Source: an uncultured Chloroflexia bacterium
Lineage (GTDB): Bacteria > Chloroflexota > Chloroflexia > Thermomicrobiales > UBA6265
Length of the DNA: 64,000 nt
Direction of reading: 5' to 3'
Assembly: GCA_963737985.1 (NCBI GenBank)
Contig: CAVTUU010000001.1
Coordinates: 130,414-194,413 of the forward strand
Positions 19,309 to 29,642 of the stretch are shown in pieces (position 1 is the stretch's first letter; the number at the start of each line of letters is the position of its first letter). A program made the position numbers and the translations under genes. Under the pieces are notes generated by a model. That model did not search any database and was not told where the DNA came from. It saw only the letters and a list, made by a program, of their open reading frames with translations.

Positions 19309-20427
19309 GTGGACGATCGAGATCAATTGAAGGCGCGACTGAAGCGTCGACTAGGAGCGTATGCCAGCATAGATGGAGTCTCCGGTCACGAACATTCGGT
19401 CGTACGTCATCTCGCCGACGATTTTCGACCACACGTTGACTCTGTCGACATCGACTCCTTCGGGAATCTCGTCGCGACAAAGCAGGGTTCGAGCGATTCG
19501 CCCGCTCTCATGATTGCAGCGCACTCTGATGAGATAGGCGGTGTCGTCAAATCTGTTGAGCCGACAGGAATGATTCGGTTTGAACGGCTCGGCGGCGTCA
19601 ATGAGACGCTGCTCGTTGGCCGCGCAGTGAGAATCAACGGTCATCGCGGAGTGATAGGCGCAAAATCGGGCCACCTGATGTCGCCCGAAGAACGAAGAAG
19701 TGTGCCCCGCTTGCGAGATCTCTACGTTGACATGGGATTTGATTCTTCAAGTGAGATCTCAAGCTTAGGCATCAAAGTGGGAGATCCCATCGCTTACGAA
19801 GCTCCAATGCGGGAATTGGCGAATCCCGATCGAGTCTCAGGAAAGGCGCTCGACAATCGCATCAGTTGCGTCATCCTTCTCGAACTCGCCGAGAGATTGG
19901 CGTCGGCGCACTTGAACTGCACGGTGCATTGGGCCGTCATGGTGCAGGAAGAAGTCGGCTTCCGTGGTGCTCAAATGACGACCTTTCGGCTCAACCCAGA
20001 CGCCGCGATTGTCGTCGACACAATGCCGGCAGGCGGCACGCCGGACGTATCGGCCGCGCAGGATCTCGCGGCTGAGATTGGCAAAGGACCCGTGATAACA
20101 CTGGGCAGTGACAGCGGGTCGGACGGTATTATCGTCCCACTGGCTATGCGCAATCTCTTATTCGCAGCAGCGGAACGGGCGCGAATTCCCCATCAACCAT
20201 CCTTGTTCTATGGAAGCAATTCCGATGCTGCGGCCGTTCACCTCGTTCGTGAGGGAATTCCAACAGGCGTTGTCAATCTTGCTCGTCGCTATTCCCACTC
20301 ACCAGTTGAAACTCTCGATCTGAATGACTGCGTGAACGCATTTCTACTGCTCGAGGATGCTGTTAAATCGTTCAGCAAGGAAACGGACTTGAGTTATTTT
20401 TCGGCGCTAGATCACAGGGAATCGTAA
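19309..20427 (+). CDS. M42 family metallo-aminopeptidase
   Basis: GVSGHE, AAHSDEIG, KALDNR, VQEEVG, RYSHSPVE. Confidence 0.9.
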   Translation: MDDRDQLKARLKRRLGAYASIDGVSGHEHSVVRHLADDFRPHVDSVDIDSFGNLVATKQGSSDSPALMIAAHSDEIGGVVKSVEPTGMIRFERLGGVNETLLVGRAVRINGHRGVIGAKSGHLMSPEERRSVPRLRDLYVDMGFDSSSEISSLGIKVGDPIAYEAPMRELANPDRVSGKALDNRISCVILLELAERLASAHLNCTVHWAVMVQEEVGFRGAQMTTFRLNPDAAIVVDTMPAGGTPDVSAAQDLAAEIGKGPVITLGSDSGSDGIIVPLAMRNLLFAAAERARIPHQPSLFYGSNSDAAAVHLVREGIPTGVVNLARRYSHSPVETLDLNDCVNAFLLLEDAVKSFSKETDLSYFSALDHRES

Positions 20428-20436
20428 AAACCGTGG

Positions 20437-21207
20437 CTAGTTGTTGAGTTGCCATATGTTGAAAGCGCCTCTCAACGTCAAATCGGGCTCATAGCGATTG
20501 AAAACTTTAGACGACTGCCAGAAAAGTGAACCATAGCCACCAGTCAAAATGACAATAGCATCGCCACCCAAGATTTCTTTGAATTGGGAAACCATGCCTT
20601 CGATCATCTTCAAGTGTCCGAGCATGAGACCTGATTGAACCGCGTGGACGGTCGTTGTCCCGATCGGCTTCTCTGGCAGTTTCAGCTCGACAGGAAATAG
20701 CAGCGCTGCTCTCGATACGAGCGCCTCATGTGATGTTCCCAACCCGGGAGCAATTGCCCCGCCCAGAAAGACACCAGAGGAATCGACAGCTTCGATTTTC
20801 GTCGCGGTGCCAAGATCAACAACGATGACGGGACCCTGAATCATTTCGTAGCTTGCTACTGCATTGCAGATTCGGTCGGCCCCCACTTCGCGCGGTTTTT
20901 CAATTGCAATCTCGATATTGAGCTTGAGATCGGCTGAGACTATGAGCGGGGTGATTCTCAGCCAACCTTCGCATTGCAGTCGCAACTCCCGAGTAATCTT
21001 GGGAACGACGCTGGATATAACCGCGCCAGTTACCAAACTCGGTTGTATCCCAGCTTGGTGCAAGAGAGGAACAAGGCTGGCACGCCAGTCATCGGCTGTA
21101 TTGTCGCGTCGAGATGCGAGACGCCAAATATGCGCGAATGAATCGTTTGAAGGCTCGCAAGCGGCAACAACAGTATTGGAGTTTCCTGCATCGACCAAAA
21201 GAAGCAC
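20437..21207 (-). CDS. coaX: Type III pantothenate kinase
   Basis: LLLVDAGNSN, SSVVP, VGADR, VVDLGTAT, GGAIAPG, LTGG. Confidence 0.93.
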   Translation of the reverse strand: MLLLVDAGNSNTVVAACEPSNDSFAHIWRLASRRDNTADDWRASLVPLLHQAGIQPSLVTGAVISSVVPKITRELRLQCEGWLRITPLIVSADLKLNIEIAIEKPREVGADRICNAVASYEMIQGPVIVVDLGTATKIEAVDSSGVFLGGAIAPGLGTSHEALVSRAALLFPVELKLPEKPIGTTTVHAVQSGLMLGHLKMIEGMVSQFKEILGGDAIVILTGGYGSLFWQSSKVFNRYEPDLTLRGAFNIWQLNN

Positions 21208-21361
21208 GTATAGTTCCAGTCCCAAAAATCGCGACCGCCGGACGCGGCTTGTTCGATTATATCCACGTCTGGACACAACTCTTGATGTTGGTCCACTCGG
21301 TATTTCTCAGCCTATCATCCAATAAACGCGGCAGAACTCGTTTCCGCATGGGGTTGACACA

Positions 21362-22720
21362 GTGAAAGAACCAAACGATCAAGATCCAGTTGACGTCGAA
21401 CAATCGGAACATACCGTCGAGCCTGCTCCGAATCAATCCCCAAGAACTGGTGGGCGGGGGTGGACGATCGCGCTTATTTTGAGTTCGGCAATTCTCATCC
21501 TCATGACCGGATTCATTTTTGGCATGCTTTCCGAAAGAAAGGTCTTCAGCGATGGTGGCATCGTCATCGCTGGAAATCGGTATCTCGACAGCCAAACGCC
21601 TGGCGACTTCAAGGATCTCGAAGAAGTTCACAAGCTCATCGAAGACGAGTACTACTATCTTCCGGACGATCCGGCGGATAAAGCCGCCTTCGAGAAGAAA
21701 CTTGAATACGACGCTATCCAGGGCATGACTGGCGGACTTGAAGACGACTACACGGCCTTTTTACCACCAGCCCAACAAGCGCCAGTCGCCGAGCAAATGT
21801 CAGGCGAATACGAAGGAATTGGCGTATGGGTCGATTTTCCAGATGGGCAGTTTCGAGTGATTTCCCCGATGCCTGGCTCGCCGGCAGAAGCTGCCGGCAT
21901 TCAGCGCGGTGATGTAATCCTAGAGGCCGATGGCCATCCGTTGACCGGAATTGGTGAGGATGTCGCGCTTCAACTCCTTCGTGGCCCGGCCGGGTCATCG
22001 GTGAACCTTACGATTCAACGCCCTGGCCAGGATCAGCCGATTTCCATCGACGTGGTTCGGCAAAAGATCGCGACGCCCGCGGTTTATTACAACTTCTTAC
22101 CGGACTCGAAAACTGCAGTCATACAGGTGACGGTATTCGGCGACAAGACCACGTCAGAACTCGATAGTGCGCTCGATCAAGCTAAGAAGGACGGCGCGAC
22201 CGGAGTCGTGCTTGATCTCCGCAACAATGGCGGAGGTTGGGTTCAAAGCGCGCAAGAGATGATCGGTCGTTTTGTCAGTCCACAAAAGGGCGTCGCGCTC
22301 TATGAAGACACCGATCCCACCGACCAAGCGTTGGACAGTGAGCCGATTCTTGGGGGAACAACGTCGGAATTTGAACTGCCATTGGTTGTACTTGTGAACG
22401 GAGGAACCGCGAGCGCCTCGGAAATTGTGACTGGAGCGTTGCGGGACTATGGACGAGCGAAAATCGTAGGCGAGAAGACCTTTGGCAAAGGTTCGGTACA
22501 GCACGTTCACGATTTCACGGATGGATCTTCCGCGAGAATCACGTTCGCGCAATGGCTGACGCCTTCAAAGACAATCATCCAGGGCGCGGGTCTTCAGCCC
22601 GATGTTGTTGTCATCGCCCAAGGCGACGATCCAGTGCATGACAACCAACTCAACGCCGCGATCGACGTACTCCACGGAAATCCAGTTCCGATGGACGGAC
22701 TTCCTCAACTTTGGAATTGA
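21362..22720 (+). CDS. S41A carboxyl-terminal processing protease (PDZ + S41), N-terminal membrane anchor
   Basis: YEGIGV, GSPAEAAGI, LDLRNNGGG, TASASEI, TFGKGSVQ. Confidence 0.92.
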   Translation: MKEPNDQDPVDVEQSEHTVEPAPNQSPRTGGRGWTIALILSSAILILMTGFIFGMLSERKVFSDGGIVIAGNRYLDSQTPGDFKDLEEVHKLIEDEYYYLPDDPADKAAFEKKLEYDAIQGMTGGLEDDYTAFLPPAQQAPVAEQMSGEYEGIGVWVDFPDGQFRVISPMPGSPAEAAGIQRGDVILEADGHPLTGIGEDVALQLLRGPAGSSVNLTIQRPGQDQPISIDVVRQKIATPAVYYNFLPDSKTAVIQVTVFGDKTTSELDSALDQAKKDGATGVVLDLRNNGGGWVQSAQEMIGRFVSPQKGVALYEDTDPTDQALDSEPILGGTTSEFELPLVVLVNGGTASASEIVTGALRDYGRAKIVGEKTFGKGSVQHVHDFTDGSSARITFAQWLTPSKTIIQGAGLQPDVVVIAQGDDPVHDNQLNAAIDVLHGNPVPMDGLPQLWN

Positions 22721-22738
22721 TCGCCGCGACCCGATTCG

Positions 22739-22814
22739 TTTACACAGTGTTAACTAAAAAGTTACACACGATTTACATTCAACTAACCGGGGACTAACAT
22801 AGCGCAACTACGCT
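22739..22814 (+). promoter_or_regulatory. Array of six Pho-box-like direct repeats (11-bp period) plus -10 element
   Basis: TTTACA 22739, TTAACT 22750, GTTACA 22761, TTTACA 22772, CTAACC 22783, CTAACA 22794; -10-like TACGCT at 22809-22814. Confidence 0.8.
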
Positions 22815-22821
22815 TTGCCCC

Positions 22822-23649
22822 GTGAACACCAATACACGCTACCAAATGAGTCGATCGTCCGGCGGGAGCTTCGCGACTGAGGTCGAACCTCAGTCCGAAC
22901 GTGAAACGGCGACTATTCTTGTTGTCGAGGATGATCCGACTCTTCTCAGTACCCTTGCGTATAACCTGACTCGAGAGGGCTATCGGGTTCTGACGGCGGC
23001 TGATGGAGAGGCTAGCCTCGAAGTCGCGCAGCGCGAAGGCAACCGAATCGACCTCGTCTTACTTGACGTCATGCTCCCACGCATGAACGGGTTCCAAGTC
23101 CTGCGCCATTTGCGCGCTGGTTCCGACGTCCCAGTACTTATGCTTTCTGCCCGGGGTGAAGAGCAAGATAAGGTCGACGGTCTCGAACTCGGCGCTGACG
23201 ATTATGTTGTCAAGCCATTTGCCCTTCGCGAGCTGCTGGCCCGCGTGCGCGCCGCGGTTCGAAGGCGAGCTGTTCCATCCGCTCGGCCTCCAGCGGTGCT
23301 CTACCGCGGTCCCCTGCAAATCGAGCCAGAGCGACGGCGGGCAATCGTCGGCCAGCATGAGCTCCAGTTACGGCCGAAGGAATTTGGACTTCTCGTCACG
23401 CTCGCAATGGAACCTGGACGAGTGTTCGGGCGCCAAGACCTTCTCGACGCCGTTTGGGGCGAAGAAATCATCGTCGACGAGCGAACGGTAGACGTTCATA
23501 TCTCATGGCTCCGGGGCAAGCTCCTCGATGCCGGAATTCAGCAAGAACTTATCCGCACCGTTTACGGTGCTGGGTATCGATTCGTCCTCCCTCCCGAGTT
23601 TGAAACCGAGCGTGTCGATTTGCTCTCGGACTCCCGTAATGAGTCTTAA
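22822..23649 (+). CDS. OmpR/PhoB-family response regulator (PhoB/PhoP-like)
   Basis: ILVVEDD, LLDVMLP, GADDYVVKPF, RTVDVHISWLR, IRTVYGAGY; heads the pst operon. Confidence 0.92.
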   Translation: MNTNTRYQMSRSSGGSFATEVEPQSERETATILVVEDDPTLLSTLAYNLTREGYRVLTAADGEASLEVAQREGNRIDLVLLDVMLPRMNGFQVLRHLRAGSDVPVLMLSARGEEQDKVDGLELGADDYVVKPFALRELLARVRAAVRRRAVPSARPPAVLYRGPLQIEPERRRAIVGQHELQLRPKEFGLLVTLAMEPGRVFGRQDLLDAVWGEEIIVDERTVDVHISWLRGKLLDAGIQQELIRTVYGAGYRFVLPPEFETERVDLLSDSRNES

Positions 23650-23739
23650 CTGGCCCCGCTCAAAGGCCGGAAAAGATACCGGGTGAGCGTCACTCGGAGA
23701 ACCCGAAATTCGAAGAACGCAAGGAGAAGGGAGAATCAC

Positions 23740-24891
23740 GTGCGGTCTATTCAGAGGTTAAAGCGGGGGGCAATGCTGAACGCCGCCATGGTGGCGGTGC
23801 TCGCTGTGTCAATTCTAGGGGCGATGGGGGTCACTCTCATGTCGCCCGAGTCGACAAGCGCGCAGGGCGAAATAACCCTCACGGGAGCGGGATCAACTTT
23901 TGTGAACCCGTTCTTTTCCAAAGCGTTTTCGGAGTACACAAGTAGCGTCAATTCAAACGTAAAGATCAATTACCAGTCAGTAGGCTCGGGCGCCGGAATC
24001 AAACAACTCACGGAGAAAACAGTTGATTTTGGAGCCAGCGACGCTCCGATGTCTGATGATCAATTGGCGGAAGTGGGCGGGCCTGAAGCGGTCGTGCATA
24101 TACCAGTAACGCTGGGCGCCGTCGCGATCACCTATAACCTTTCCGGAGTCAGCGAGCCCATCAATCTTGATGGACCGACGCTTGCAAATATCTTTCTTAG
24201 TACCGTCACGAAGTGGAACGATGACTCGATCAAGGCCTTGAATCCAAACGTTGATCTTCCAGGAACGGACATCGCCGTGGTTCATCGATCTGATGGTTCA
24301 GGAACCACAAACATTTTCGCAACGTACCTTTCAAGCGTGAGCGAGGACTGGAAGGGCACTGTGGGCGCTGGCAATTCCCTTAACTGGCCAACCGGCATTG
24401 GCGCTCAAGGAAATGACGGTGTCGCAGGGCAAATCAAACAGCTCGATGGCGCAATTGGCTACAATGAGCTCGCATATGCCGTGCAAAACAATATTGCGTT
24501 TGCGAGCATCAAGAATTCTTCGGGCGCATTTGTTCCTGCGAGTGCGGATGGCGCAACCGCTTGCGCAGCGGCATCTGCCCCCACCTTGCCCGACGACATG
24601 AGGGTTATGATCTCTGGCTGCACGGGTGATGATCCCAAGATCTACCCAATCTCGGGTTTCACGTGGGTCATCCTCTATACTGATCAACAAGACGCAACCA
24701 AGGGCCAAGCCGTTGTTGACCTGCTCTATTGGGTGATCCATGATGGGCAGCAGTACGGGAAAGATCTCCAATACGCGCCACTTCCATCTTCGGTCGTCGA
24801 CAAGGGCACTGCGAAGCTTCAGACGGTGACGTCTGGCGGGCAGGCTCTGTTGAAAGCGACTCCGATGGCGTCTCCTTCTCCGTCTTCTTAG
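23740..24891 (+). CDS. pstS: Phosphate ABC transporter substrate-binding protein
   Basis: GAGSTF, YQSVGSGAG, DFGASDAP, HRSDGSGTT, YPISGFTW; GTG start after AGGAG/GGGAG. Confidence 0.95.
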   Translation: MRSIQRLKRGAMLNAAMVAVLAVSILGAMGVTLMSPESTSAQGEITLTGAGSTFVNPFFSKAFSEYTSSVNSNVKINYQSVGSGAGIKQLTEKTVDFGASDAPMSDDQLAEVGGPEAVVHIPVTLGAVAITYNLSGVSEPINLDGPTLANIFLSTVTKWNDDSIKALNPNVDLPGTDIAVVHRSDGSGTTNIFATYLSSVSEDWKGTVGAGNSLNWPTGIGAQGNDGVAGQIKQLDGAIGYNELAYAVQNNIAFASIKNSSGAFVPASADGATACAAASAPTLPDDMRVMISGCTGDDPKIYPISGFTWVILYTDQQDATKGQAVVDLLYWVIHDGQQYGKDLQYAPLPSSVVDKGTAKLQTVTSGGQALLKATPMASPSPSS

Positions 24892-24908
24892 GGAGGTAAA
24901 GCGCGACC

Positions 24909-25907
24909 TTGATCGGACAACGATCGGCAACGGTCGAACGCTCGGAAGGAGCGGGACGACGACCACTTCGGTGGTCGTCGTCCCGCTCCGCAGACCGCGT
25001 GTTCGAAGGCGTCACCGCGGGATTCGCAATTGTAATCGTGCTCCTCGTTTTCTTGATTGCCTACGAGCTCTGGCACGGATCGAAGTTATCCCGAGAGGCA
25101 TTCGGATTTGGTTTCATAACCGAACGAACTTGGGATCCGGTTCACCATGTATTCGGTGCTGCTCCGTTCATATACGGGACAGTCCTAACATCGATAATTG
25201 CTCTTCTCATCGCGGCTCCCTTGGGTGTTGGAGCGGCAATTTTTCTCATTGAACTTGCACCGAAGTGGCTAAAAACGCCAGTCGGTTTTCTCGTCGAAAT
25301 GCTGGCCGCGATCCCAAGCGTCATTTATGGACTCTGGGCGCTCTTTGTATTGGTCCCAATAGTTCGGACGGACATTGAGCCGTTTCTTCATGACACGCTA
25401 GGATTTCTTCCATTATTTCAGGGAACGATGTACGGCGTGGGTTACCTGGCGGCTTCACTCGTTCTCGTGATAATGATTCTCCCCACCATTACCGCCATAT
25501 CTCAAGCAGTGCTAGATACTGTTCCACGATCTCAGCTTGAGGGCGCCTACGCCGTCGGCGCGACCCGATGGGAAGTAATCAGGGGAGTCGCGATTCCGTT
25601 CGCTCGAAGCGGGATCATCGGCGCCGCAATCCTCGGATTGGGACGCGCTCTAGGTGAAACACTGGCCGTCACCATGGTTATTGGCAATCGGCCCGACATC
25701 AGCACGTCGTTGTTCGCGTTAGGTCACACAATGGCGGCGGTGATCGCAAATCAATTCAACGAGGCCGACAGTCCGCTTTACGTTTCAGCGCTCATTGAGA
25801 TCGGTCTCTTGCTCTTCGTAGTCTCTGTTTTGCTCAATCTTGCCGCCAGAATCCTTGTGTGGCGACTTGGTGGCAGAGCCGGCGCCGCAAGTATTCGGAG
25901 GGCTTGA
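24909..25907 (+). CDS. pstC: Phosphate ABC transporter permease
   Basis: EMLAAIPSVIYGLW, GATRWE, LGRALGETLAV. Confidence 0.95.
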   Translation: MIGQRSATVERSEGAGRRPLRWSSSRSADRVFEGVTAGFAIVIVLLVFLIAYELWHGSKLSREAFGFGFITERTWDPVHHVFGAAPFIYGTVLTSIIALLIAAPLGVGAAIFLIELAPKWLKTPVGFLVEMLAAIPSVIYGLWALFVLVPIVRTDIEPFLHDTLGFLPLFQGTMYGVGYLAASLVLVIMILPTITAISQAVLDTVPRSQLEGAYAVGATRWEVIRGVAIPFARSGIIGAAILGLGRALGETLAVTMVIGNRPDISTSLFALGHTMAAVIANQFNEADSPLYVSALIEIGLLLFVVSVLLNLAARILVWRLGGRAGAASIRRA

Positions 25908-26767
25908 TGGATTCCCTGAGTCAGTCAAGCGGGCTCGCCTGGCGAAAAACCAAGTCAAGATTTTTCGAACTGCTTTGTGGCGCCGCTGCATTTGCCGCCG
26001 TTGGGGTACTGCTTGCAATCTTCATCTATATCACCCTCAAGGGCATTGGGGCGCTCAACTTAGATTTCTTCATCAAGACACCTGTACCCGTGGGTGAAAC
26101 TGGTGGTGGAATCGCGAATGCGATTGCCGGAACATTTCTGATCGTAGGAATCGCTGCACTGATCGCGGTTCCAATCGGCATTGGAGCCGGGACATACCTT
26201 TCAGAATTCGGTCACGGTCGATTTGCGGATCTTGTGCGGTTATTGGCGGACGTGATGACGGGGGTGCCGTCCATTGTCGTCGGATTGCTTGCCTATGAAC
26301 TTGTCGTCACAAGAACCCATCATTTTTCAGCTTGGGCAGGTGGTATTGCGCTCTCGGCATTAATGATTCCTTTGATCGTTCGGGTGACTGAGGAGATATT
26401 GCGCCTGGTGCCACGAGATTACACTGAAGCGGCGCTGGCACTTGGAGCGCCAAGATGGCGCACCGTCTTGCAGATCGTGTTTCCCGCGGCGCGAGCTGGT
26501 CTGGTCACTGGCGTGATGCTCGCTCTCGCTCGCGGCGCTGGCGAAACCGCGCCGCTCCTATTCACCGCGTTTGGCAACACGTTCTTTAACCTGAACCCAA
26601 ACGAACCTACATCGGCGATGCCACTCCAGATTTACCAATACGCAAGTTCGCCCTATGAAGATTGGCACCGTCAAGCGTGGGGGGCGGCCTTCGTTCTCGT
26701 TATGGTCGTTTTCCTTTTGAGCGCATTTGCACGCATGGTAACTAGCAGGAGCAAGTTGGGGCACTAG
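25907..26767 (+). CDS. pstA: Phosphate ABC transporter permease
   Basis: ATG overlaps pstC stop (TGATG); GVPSIVVGL, EAALALGA, ARGAGETAPLL. Confidence 0.95.
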   Translation: MDSLSQSSGLAWRKTKSRFFELLCGAAAFAAVGVLLAIFIYITLKGIGALNLDFFIKTPVPVGETGGGIANAIAGTFLIVGIAALIAVPIGIGAGTYLSEFGHGRFADLVRLLADVMTGVPSIVVGLLAYELVVTRTHHFSAWAGGIALSALMIPLIVRVTEEILRLVPRDYTEAALALGAPRWRTVLQIVFPAARAGLVTGVMLALARGAGETAPLLFTAFGNTFFNLNPNEPTSAMPLQIYQYASSPYEDWHRQAWGAAFVLVMVVFLLSAFARMVTSRSKLGH

Positions 26768-26880
26768 AACAGCGTAACAATTTGGATCGAAACTGCCAGG
26801 GAGAGCTCAGACCAACAAACAAACCGTTTTCAACTCGACCTGGAGAAATGAAGCGTTTTCCCATGCAGGAGTAAGACTCA

Positions 26881-27732
26881 ATGTCCATTAGACAGGAAGC
26901 AAGCGACGCAGCAATTCGAGTTTCTCCCCCTGCCACTGACGGAGATATTCCTAACACCCCGAGTCAAATCGGTAACGTGGTCTCTCTCAAAGATGTGAGC
27001 GTTTTTTACGGTGCGTTCCACGCAGTTTCCGGCGTCACGTTTGATGTTCCACACAATCGCATTACTGCTCTTATCGGACCTTCAGGGTGCGGCAAAAGTA
27101 CCGTTCTGCGCAGCATCAATCGAATGAACGACTTAGTTCCCGGAGCCCGAGTTGAAGGAGAAATCAAATATCACAATATAAATATTTGTGATCCGAGAGT
27201 TGATCCTGTGAGCGTCCGTCGGAGCATAGGCATGGTTTTCCAAAAGCCAAACCCCTTTCCGAAGACCATTTACGATAACGTTGCTTGGGGAGCGCGAATA
27301 AACGGGATTAAAAAAGACATGGACGAGCTCGTGGAACGATGCCTACGCCAGTCCGCTCTCTGGGAAGAAGTGAAAGATAAGCTCAAACAAAGTGGCCTTG
27401 CACTATCGGGAGGTCAACAACAACGACTTTGCATCGCCCGCACGCTGGCGATCAACCCCGATGTGATTCTCATGGACGAACCAGCAAGCGCGTTGGATCC
27501 GATCTCAACCTTGAAAATTGAAGACCTCATGCGCGAACTGGTCAAAAACTACACGATCATTATCGTGACCCACAACATGCAACAAGCCGCGCGAGTATCT
27601 GATCAGACCGTCTTCTTTTCGCTAAATGACAAACGTCAGGGAGTGTTGGTCGAGGCAAGCCCAACGCAAACGTTATTCACAAACCCGCGAGATCAGCGAA
27701 CCGAGGACTACATCACGGGGCGGTTCGGTTAA
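26881..27732 (+). CDS. pstB: Phosphate ABC transporter ATPase
   Basis: [50 protein letters not shown]. Confidence 0.97.
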   Translation: MSIRQEASDAAIRVSPPATDGDIPNTPSQIGNVVSLKDVSVFYGAFHAVSGVTFDVPHNRITALIGPSGCGKSTVLRSINRMNDLVPGARVEGEIKYHNINICDPRVDPVSVRRSIGMVFQKPNPFPKTIYDNVAWGARINGIKKDMDELVERCLRQSALWEEVKDKLKQSGLALSGGQQQRLCIARTLAINPDVILMDEPASALDPISTLKIEDLMRELVKNYTIIIVTHNMQQAARVSDQTVFFSLNDKRQGVLVEASPTQTLFTNPRDQRTEDYITGRFG

Positions 27733-27773
27733 TCCGCACGTCATCAGGTTAGTAAGGGAAAGGTTGCACGTTA

Positions 27774-28439
27774 ATGACTCGTGTGGAGTACGCCCACCAG
27801 ATCCAAGAGTTGCGTGATGATGTGGTCGCAATGTCGAGCATGGTCGACAAGGCAATCGCTCGATCTGTCGACTCACTGAAGCGTCAAGATGTCAATCTTG
27901 CCCGCCAAGTATTCAACGCAGATGCCGATATTAATCAATTGCGTTGGCGGACTGAGGAAGCGGCGCTCAACGTGATCGCTACTCAGGCGCCAATGGCGTC
28001 CGATCTCAGATTAATTTCGTCGGTGATCCACATCGTCGTCGACCTAGAACGAATGGGCGACCACGCGGCCGGCATCGCTAAGATCGTGCTCGAGACGGCC
28101 GATGAACCATTGCTCAAACCGCTCGTGGACGTTCCTCGCATGAGCGAACTTGCGCGCGCGATGCTCGCTGACAGCATTACCGCGTTCATCGAGGGCCAAG
28201 AAGAAGCGGCGCGCGAGATAGCGCAACGCGACGACGAAGTCGACCAGCTTTATGATCAAATCTATCGTGAGTTGTTGACGTACATGATGGCTGATCCCAC
28301 GACGATCAATCGAGCTACCCACCTGTTGTGGGCGGCGCACAACTTGGAGCGAATTGCGGATCGGGTGACAAATATCTGTGAGCGAGTCATTTACTCAGTT
28401 ACAGGAGAGCTCGAGGAGATTGCGGTCTCAACCTACTAG
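27774..28439 (+). CDS. phoU: Phosphate signalling protein PhoU
   Basis: PMASDLR, DLERMGDHA, DDEVD, LERIADRVTNICE. Confidence 0.96.
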   Translation: MTRVEYAHQIQELRDDVVAMSSMVDKAIARSVDSLKRQDVNLARQVFNADADINQLRWRTEEAALNVIATQAPMASDLRLISSVIHIVVDLERMGDHAAGIAKIVLETADEPLLKPLVDVPRMSELARAMLADSITAFIEGQEEAAREIAQRDDEVDQLYDQIYRELLTYMMADPTTINRATHLLWAAHNLERIADRVTNICERVIYSVTGELEEIAVSTY

Positions 28440-28918
28440 ATTTCGGGGTCTCCAGAGCCTTGAGCAATCTCATCGGCATATGGCCGGCCGGGATTCGCCT
28501 CTCGCCATTGTATGACGATCGTGTGCAAAAGCGGGATCAAGTCTTCAAGCTCAATTGGCGGAGTCAATAGCCGGTCCACTCCGACATTGAGTGCTTGGTA
28601 AGCAGATAGTTGATCAACCGAGTCTGTCAGACCGACGAGGGGAATGTCAGTTCGGGGTGTTGAACCTTCTCGACCGCTCGTGTTTTCTCGCAAGCGCTTC
28701 ACGAGCTCAACTGCGCTCATCCCACCGAGATGCAAATCGACAATCCCCAGGTCGAATGTGCGAAGTCGAAAGATCTCCAACGTCTGTAATGCACTCGCCA
28801 CCGTGCTCACCCAAAATCCGCCGATAACAAGTCCTTCGAGCAAGAACTCGCGAAGGTCCTCGTCGTCGCTAACAACGAGAACATGCGGTCGATGAAGCGC
28901 GGAACTTGGTTCTGACAT
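28436..28918 (-). CDS. Single-domain response-regulator receiver protein (atypical)
   Basis: HVLVVSDD, FDLGIVDLHLGGMSA, IPLVGLT, GVDRLLTPP; no output domain. Confidence 0.7.
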   Translation of the reverse strand: MSEPSSALHRPHVLVVSDDEDLREFLLEGLVIGGFWVSTVASALQTLEIFRLRTFDLGIVDLHLGGMSAVELVKRLRENTSGREGSTPRTDIPLVGLTDSVDQLSAYQALNVGVDRLLTPPIELEDLIPLLHTIVIQWREANPGRPYADEIAQGSGDPEI

Positions 28919-28988
28919 CCTATTCTCGTCCAAAACGACTGCGAACTCTCTCGCCAGACATGCCAGAGCAGATTATCCTTGCGGGACG

Positions 28989-29642
28989 ATGAATAATCCT
29001 AATCGTGGCGCAAAAGCGAAATTAGCCTCGCTCGTGAGCAAGCGTGGGTTTTCAGTTGCCTGCTCTGGCGAAAAAGAATTCAGTCACACGATCGATTCGT
29101 TGGATCCCGAGGTACGTTCTCACGCCCATCATTACGCCGAAATGCTGAGCCTGCCGCTAGAAGACCTCGCCATCACAACGAGTCGACTCGAATTCGAGCA
29201 ATGGCTCGGAAGAAGAGTCGGGTCCAGTATCGGCGGCGCCTATGTCTTCCTCGCCACCTCTAGCCAGCATTCAGTTTTGATCAATCTTCCAAGAATTGAT
29301 CGTGCGAAGCCAAGATCAGTCGAATTGGTCGTTGCCGAAGAATTGATTCACATGCGCGATTATCTGGACGGCGATCGGCGGCGACATGCTAAACATGGCT
29401 ATGATCGCATAGCCCTTAAAGTGGCTGAGCTGACAGGAGCCTCTCTCGATGAGATACGCTCGTGCTTGCTCCCCGTGAAACGGAGACCGTTTCGTTACCA
29501 CTATTCCTGTCCGAAATGTGGAGTGACGATTGCGCGCCGCAAGCGTGGCACGTGGTCGTGCGGACGGTGCTCGCCTCGATTTGATCGAAATCTCGTGCTC
29601 GTGCTCGTCCGCGAACTGGGCACGGAGCATGCGAGGAACTAG
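28989..29642 (+). CDS. SprT-like protein with C-terminal zinc ribbon
   Basis: VAEELIHM at the zincin-motif position, H-x2-HG, YSCPKCG...WSCGRC. Start uncertain. Confidence 0.6.
   Translation: MNNPNRGAKAKLASLVSKRGFSVACSGEKEFSHTIDSLDPEVRSHAHHYAEMLSLPLEDLAITTSRLEFEQWLGRRVGSSIGGAYVFLATSSQHSVLINLPRIDRAKPRSVELVVAEELIHMRDYLDGDRRRHAKHGYDRIALKVAELTGASLDEIRSCLLPVKRRPFRYHYSCPKCGVTIARRKRGTWSCGRCSPRFDRNLVLVLVRELGTEHARN

Noticed and set aside
22739..22799. CRISPR-like or tandem repeat
   Set aside because: Degenerate 6-mers at 11-bp period with no spacers and no cas genes; fits regulator boxes.
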